Origin: the human T2T-CHM13v2.0 reference genome, Homo sapiens
Assembly: GCF_009914755.1 (NCBI RefSeq)
Contig: NC_060946.1
DNA length: 64,000 bases
Reading direction: 5' to 3' (one strand)
The notes below the pieces were generated by a model. The model was given only the letters and a program-made list of their open reading frames with translations. It searched no databases and had not been told where the DNA came from. A program made the position numbers and the translations under genes. Positions 28,181-64,000 of this stretch are shown piece by piece (the first letter of the stretch is position 1; the number at the start of each line of letters is the position of its first letter).

Positions 28181-28932
28181 TTACTATTAAACCTTCCCTA
28201 CTCCAACTCTTTAAAAAAAAAAAAAAAAAAAAAAAAGGATGCCCCTGGATGAGGCACCACATTGATCCTGTGGCTTCGAGTATCCCGGTCAGCAACACAA
28301 AGCCGCAGCCAAGGATTCCAGAACAGGACGGTTTCTAAGACCTCTGGTCCTAGCCAGGCCCAGGAAGGGAGCCAGGCTGGACAGGCAGTGGGACCCATGG
28401 CTCCCAGTGCTTGAGGACCAAAGGCAACAGGCAGACAGCCTTGACAAGAAGTATCCTGAAAGACGGTCAGGCCAGGGTACCCCAAGGCCAGATAGCTCTT
28501 CCCTCAACCCACCCCCCAATAAATAAGCACAAAACCTGGCCACTGTAGTCTCAGCCCCCAGGAATTCCCAGACAGGCCACAGGGAGCTCCCAGAACCCTG
28601 GCGACAGCTACACTGGCCCCATATTCTCTTTCCTTATTGACCTGGGAGCTGCCTGTAAGGAGGGCAGACTCACGTCACAGGATTGCAGAGAAGGTCCCAA
28701 AGTGACCTCTCTTCCTTGACTGACAGGTCCCAGCCCTAGATCCTCAGTCTGAAGCTGTGGGGCCCTCCTTCCCAGTGTGGACATGGTGGGGCCCTCATCC
28801 TTCCTCCCACCCACTGGGCTTGCTGTCCTGTCTATCCTGCTGTCCCATCCTGTCCTGTCCTGGGAGCCCAGGCTGAGGACCGGGGTGCAGGCAGGAAGGG
28901 TCCATCCCCATGTGCAGAGTCCAGCTGGGCAG

Positions 28933-36960
<8,028 letters not shown>

Positions 36961-37330
36961 GCGGGGCAGACAGGAAAATAGTTGGAAAGGGCGACCTGGG
37001 GGAGCAGAGACACGATCAGAGCCTGAGAAGGGCAGGAGCAAGGGATGTCTAAGGGGCCTGGTGGCAGGCCCTTGTTCTGCGGCAGCCCCGTGGACCCACG
37101 GGGTGGCCAGGGCCAAGTCACATCCCTCTCTTCCCCGGTCCTCCCTGTCTCGACCCCACTAAACAGCAGGAGGCAGAGAACCAGAGACTGGCGTGGGAAG
37201 CCGACAGGGGAGATAGAGGGGCAGGGGAAAGGGGCTGGGGGGCAAGGCAAAACGAAGCAGGCAGGGACTCAGTGCCTCAGTGGGACCGAGAGGCTGGGTC
37301 ACTTCCCTCATCTGTGAAATGGGCACCATA

Positions 37331-38765
<1,435 letters not shown>

Positions 38766-38796
38766 GCTAGATTCTCTGTTCTGTTCCATTGGTCTA

Positions 38797-39123
38797 TAGT
38801 AGTCTCCCCTTACCTGAGGTTTTAGTTACCTTCAGCCAACCGAGGTCCAAAAAAATATTAAATGGAAAATTCCAGAAATAAACAGTTCATAAGTTTTAAA
38901 TTGCATGCTGTTCTGAGTAGCATGATGAAATCTCTTGCCCTTCCTCTCCATCCCTCCCTGGATATGAATCCTCCCCACGCTGTAAATGTTACCACCTGTT
39001 AGTCACTTAGTAGGCCTCAGAGTTATCAGATTGAAGAAACACAGTATGTTTTCAGCACTACCTGAGGTTTCCGGCATCCACTGAGGATCTTGGAATGTAT
39101 CGCCCAAGGATAAAGGATCACTA
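38797..39123 (+). mobile_element. MER44-like (Tigger-derived) DNA transposon
   Basis: aatattaaatggaaaattccagaaataaac..ttcataagttttaaattg and gtttccggcatccactg..tcttggaatgtatc, with degenerate terminal inverted repeats. Confidence 0.7.
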
Positions 39124-40321
39124 ATTGGATATGTTACTAACGTTTTTTCATATGTGGGAAAGCACTCTTCATAAGCTACAAAATGCACTGTGGAAGCCCC
39201 GTGGTGCCCGTGAAGAGGCTTGCTTCTCCATTTCTGTGACTGTCCCAGCCCATCTGTCAGCCCCAACAACAGGGTTGCAAGGATGCACCCTGTAATCAGC
39301 CAGGTCTTTGGCTCCATGTTCTGCCTGCCCTGTCCCCACTTTCTCCCTACCCTTCACCCCACTGACCTAGTCACCCCTCAACATACACACTCCAACCAGA
39401 TGCAGGTCCTTGTTCACGCTTGTCCCCCACCTAGAACACAGTTCTGCTTCCCTACAAATATCCACATCCTAGCCTTCCATCAGTGGGAGCCGGAGCCCCC
39501 TTGCAAACTTGGTGGGTAACCAGTTCCCTGTGGTGTGTTCTTCCATGGGGTAACCCCTGGTTATCGCAGAAGGAACAAGAGCTGGAGGATGTTACCTCAA
39601 CGTGGGTGGGTGTAGCTCAGCCCAGCCAGGGGCCTTCTGCTGCTTTGGGGTGAGGAGGGTTAGGGGGTGGGTAAAGAAACAGTAAAGATTGGAGCCAATG
39701 CTGGCGGGGGGCAGAGTGCAGTGTAAGCCCAGGAAGTGAGGCAGCCAAGGGTGGGAGATTGACTGCAAGGAGACGAGTGACCTTGAGGCCCTGCCTGGGA
39801 GTGGAGTATCTGAGGAGAAGGGGACTGGAGGACCCCAGAAGCGGGGGAAGGGATGCCAGCTAAGAGACATGCAGGCACCCTGCTCCCAGGGATGGACAAC
39901 AGGACCCTCAGCCCTGTGGGCTCTCTCTGGAGTAGCCCAACCCGCAGATCCAAACTCCCAAGAGAGGGTGGGGAGCTAGAGCGGACAGGACTGTCACTCT
40001 CTCACCATGGGCCTCTGGGCAAGCCACTTCCGTTTTCTTGGCCTGTGTCCTCAGTTGTAAAATGGGAGCTTGGACTAAATGACTTGGGAGGGCCTTTCAT
40101 CAGACATGCTGTGATTCCAAGTAGCTTGTTTCTTGGGATACAAGGTTTCCTGGCCCTGGGCTGGGCAGAGACCTGCATGGAGAAGGCCCCAATTCCTCTG
40201 TCTCTCCTTATTCTGTAAAGTTGCAGGGGGACCTAGGAAGAAACAAAGCTACTAATGAAAGTGTGAGGCATGGAATATGTTACCTCAGCAGTGGAAGGGG
40301 GTGGTGATGAGGATGAAATGT

Positions 40322-40650
40322 TTTAGAATTGGTACCAGGAATGGGGTGTATGACAAGGCCCTTGAATTCCGTGAACCTGAGCCCTCTGCTTCTCTTCCTT
40401 TGCTGTGAAATGAGTTATTTGGTCACACACCAGGCTGTGCAAATGCCAAAAAAAAGGCATTCCGTGAGTACACAGATGGTGGTGCTGGCAGAAGGATGAA
40501 GGGCAGGGAAGGCAAATCCACATCTAGAATACGTGTCTATTCCAGTGAGCATGAACCTGGGCCCCACCTATGAGGAAGAGGCCAATGTAATCAAGCTGCC
40601 ACCAGGTGGCAGGCTGGTCCCTGGGGAATGTGGCCACATGGGGCCCAGTG
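40322..40650 (-). mobile_element. Decayed ERV-L (class III) pol integrase fragment
   Basis: Minus-strand translations PRDQPATWWQLDYIG and SLVCDQITHFTAKE match ERV-L integrase core motifs in different frames. Confidence 0.8.
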
Positions 40651-41329
40651 ACTTTGTTTTGTACAAAAAGGGCCTTGAAGCAGACAATGCCTAACTCATG
40701 GAAATGTGTCACCATCAGTGGGGGCTTCTGGCCCAGTGGCCACAGGGACGGCTAGGCCTGAGGTGGTGGTATTTTTAGAACATGGAGGTCCCTAAGATTC
40801 CTTTACCTTATGGACATGAGGCCCAGCACATAAAACAAGTTGTCTTAGAAGATCTTAAAGTGTCCCTTGATTGCCTAGTTCCATCTGCCACCTCCCTCCA
40901 CTCACCCAGATGCTCAGAGGGTCGATGACTCACTCAAGATCACACAGGGCAGATGCAAAGTAGCCGCAGCTTAACTGTGGCATGGGCTGTAAAGTAGAGG
41001 GGGTCCTGCTCCTTCCTTGGGTCCAGCTCTCAGGGACAGGGTGAGCGTCATGCCCACAAATGGATATCAAAGGACTTCTCGGTGCTAGGCACTGGGCATG
41101 GAGCAGTGACCGTGACCAGCAATGGCTTCTGCCCTTGAGAACAGAGAGAAAACCATAACCACATACACAAGCAAGATCATTTCAGGCCACGGTAGGTGCC
41201 ACAGGAATGAGATAAAATAGCCTCAGAGAGGGGCTGGGGGCCAGAGGCCACTTCAACCTCATTACCAGGGAAGGGAGACCTCTCTAAGAGGTGGTGTGTG
41301 GGCTGGCACCTGAATGGCAAGAATATTCA

Positions 41330-41520
<191 letters not shown>

Positions 41521-43523
41521 AGCCAATAGCTTTACAGTGTTCCAGGTACTCTTCAACGTTTTTTTCATGAATTCGCTCATTTAATCTCATTCCAATCACA
41601 TGAGGTAGTAAGATTATCACTGCCATTTTACAGATGAGAAATTGAGGCAGAGGTCAAGTAACTTTGCTAGGTTATAGAACCCGGACCCAAACCTAGGTAG
41701 TCTGGTTCCAGAGTTGGTGGGCCCACTCCTATGCCATTCTGCTCTGAGAGGTCACTGGTGTGGGAACAAGCTTGCCTACCGAATCTGGACTCTATTTTAG
41801 CTCTATTTGGGGTGGAAATGGCAACCCATCCTTCCCAAGCGAAGTCCCCAGGCTCCTGCCAGCTAGTGCCAGAGCCATAGCAGGGGCCCCAGCACCCCTC
41901 CGGCCCTCCCCTCCCCTCTGGGGGACTCCTGAGGTCCCAGCTCCCTGCCCCCAGCCTCTGTGCTCACAGCTATCTGGGCCACCTCATTCTAAAGGGATTT
42001 GGCTCTTGGAGACAACTGGAGACTGGTGAGAAAGGGCTTAGGGATTAGACAGTGATACCCAGGAAGGTAAGGGACTTAATCAGGGGTTCGAGTGTGGGAA
42101 GTGGGGTGGGGAGAGGATTTTGTTTCTTTGCAAAGCCAGGCTGGACTGCAGAAGTGAGGAGGAAGTGGGGCTCGGGGGAGGAGCCAGACAGGCTTAGTTT
42201 CTCACTCTCTGTTGTGCCTTCAGAAGCAACATGATAGAATAATAATCCCTCACCTGTGTGCGCCCACCACTTCCCCAGCCATTATTTCACTTGGAATTCT
42301 CACAGTGGCGGGATTAGTTCTCTCCCCAGATCACAGACACCCAGAGGAGGCAGGTGACTTGAGGCAGCTGCAAGCCCCACAGGGCTGGGCTGGGAGGAGG
42401 GGAGGAGGTTGGGGCCCGGGCTTTTCTGCATGGCTGCCCGCAGGCACAAGGGTTTTCCAGAGAGTTCGCGCTGCCCTGGCCCCGTGGAAGTAGAGTGTTC
42501 CACAAATATTTGTGAAGAGTTTAAAAGACTGTTCTTTCCAACTCTCAAATCACAATGCCAATCTCTGTGCCACCCCCTTCCCCCTGGCACCACAGATTCT
42601 GAGGCCAGGGCACGCAGGAGGCCTCTGACCTCAAGGCCAGTGCCCTCATTTTAGTGAGGAAACAACCAAGGTCTAGAGGGCACGGGCCAGCAGCCCTGAG
42701 GAGACCCCCAAATATGCGTCTTGTGGAATAGTCACGGCAGCACATTAAGCAAGAACATGGTCTCCAGCCCACACACCAGACTCCCGGTCCAGTGCTCCTT
42801 CCTGTGCCCAGAGCTGCCCCCCAGAAGAATCTGAAGCACAGGGCTCTGTCAACGCTAGGACTGCCATCCCAACGCTTCTAGATCTCTGCGTGCCACCAGC
42901 CTTCTTTAAGTTGTTCACACTCTATGTTCCCCTAAGCAAAGTCCCCAGCAAGATATACCCAGAGCAACACACCCATCACAGAAGGTTCTCCCCTCCAGCC
43001 TGCCTGACCCAGGAGGCCTGGTTCTTCCTGTTGGGCCATGCTATTCCCTGAGAGTTGCCACTACAATGCAAAATAGTCCACATCAAGGCCAGGAAAGGGG
43101 ACTTCTGGTTGGCAGAGGTCGTGTTGCATTGGGTAGCTCAGGGAGAAGCTCCTGGAAACAGTATTTGATCAGAGTCTTGAGGGCTGGGGAAGACCTGGCA
43201 GGAGGATACAGGACACAGCAGCAGCTCTCACAGAGGCAGGAGGGCAGAGGTGTGTCTAAGGGACAGTGGGAAGCTTCTCAGATTGAAATGAAGTGTGTGG
43301 AGAGGGCAAGTGGCCGTTGGTGCCACAAGGAATGCTGGGCTGGGGTGGGGGTAGGCCTCAAATGCAGATCAGTGGGATTGAGTCAACTCAGGAAGGAACC
43401 GGGGAGCCATTGAAGATTCTTGAGCAGGGGTGCAACATACCTAGCAGGGAGGAAGAACTGTAGGGCAGGGATTAGGGGATGGAGAAAAAGTGGGGATGGG
43501 AAGGAGGGACTCTCTCTTGTTAG

Positions 43524-46023
<2,500 letters not shown>

Positions 46024-46446
46024 TTAGAAGAGCTCATTAGATAGCACCTTTCAATCCCTCCTTGTTCAGAGGCCCAGAGAGCTCAGGTGTCTCTTCCAAG
46101 GTCACACAATGAGGTAAGGATAAATTTGGAACTAAAACTGAGACTCCCTGCCCTTCTGATGCCCACTGGCCTCAGTCCCAGTGGGCACACTTGCTCGCCT
46201 CCTGCCTGGGTCTCTGACTTCAGGAGGGCGGAGGGGGCCCGTGTCAGAGCCTTCCGCGCCCCAGCGCATCGCTCCCTACTCCGCCTCTCGGGATCCTTTA
46301 AGAGGCGGGGCTTGGCTGCCAGCTCCGCGGCCCGGGCAAAAGGCTGGGACTTTACTCCGGGTGGCGGCGAGGACGAGTCTGTGCTCCATCAGCTGCCGCA
46401 CCCGCCGCCTCCCGCCCCCAAACCCCATCCCCGCGGTTGAGCCACG

Positions 46447-63475
<17,029 letters not shown>

Positions 63476-64000
63476 GCTCTCTGCTTTTTGTTGCCTCAGT
63501 TATTCTCTCTGTAAGATGGGAAGAATCCTCCTGGCCTTATCCCAACTCTCCAGCTGGACTGGGGGAAGAACTATAAAAGCTGAGCAAGAGGTTTTTATGA
63601 TTTTTGTTTTTTCTGCTGCTACCACCCACCATGGGCATGAGACGGTTTGGTTTCCTGGCAGCAGAGCTGTGTAGGAGGTTCAGTCTGTTCCCCTACCACA
63701 CCTAAAACTCTTTCAACCAAACCTGCCTCAGGCTGGGAAGACACAGAATTTTCAACAGAGGGGGGAGATTCACTCGGGCTGGTCACTGGAGCTTAGCAGT
63801 GCAGATTAAATCACCCCAAGACCACAGACACTGTGTTCCCAGGAGTTGCATGGTCTTTGGTCCCTAAAAATCTGAGGGCTGGCAGACTCTGGACAGTTTC
63901 TGCGGGTCTCCAGCCAGCATGACACTGGCTTGTACCCCAGGGCCTGGAGCTGCTGCCTATATATGCTCTATATAGTAGGCATAGGCAGGTTTTAGTATCA

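Overview
Human (primate) genomic DNA that I recognise as the chr22q12 SF3A1-CCDC157-RNF215-SEC14L2 cluster. It holds the first two exons of SF3A1 (- strand), head-to-head with CCDC157 at a shared CpG island. CCDC157 (+) is complete: 10 coding exons, 752 aa. RNF215 (-) is complete and convergent with it: 9 exons, 377 aa, PA-TM-RING-H2 type. SEC14L2 (+) coding exons 1-8 follow and the gene runs off the window. I located all coding exon boundaries by hand and the frames close. Introns are Alu-dense with older LTR, DNA-transposon, L1, L2 and CR1 remnants; repeat subfamily names are from memory of consensus sequences and unverified. I see no new protein-coding system. The most unusual structures are: (1) a copy of the RNF215 signal-peptide segment of exon 1 captured in the 5' end of an intronic Alu; (2) a two-fragment templated insertion (one direct, one inverted copy of nearby DNA) in SEC14L2 intron 8; (3) a 73/70-bp minisatellite in SF3A1 intron 2 whose units each carry a 3' splice-site-like motif on the transcribed strand; (4) a weak GC donor inside the RNF215 RING domain; (5) a human-specific-type AluYb8.
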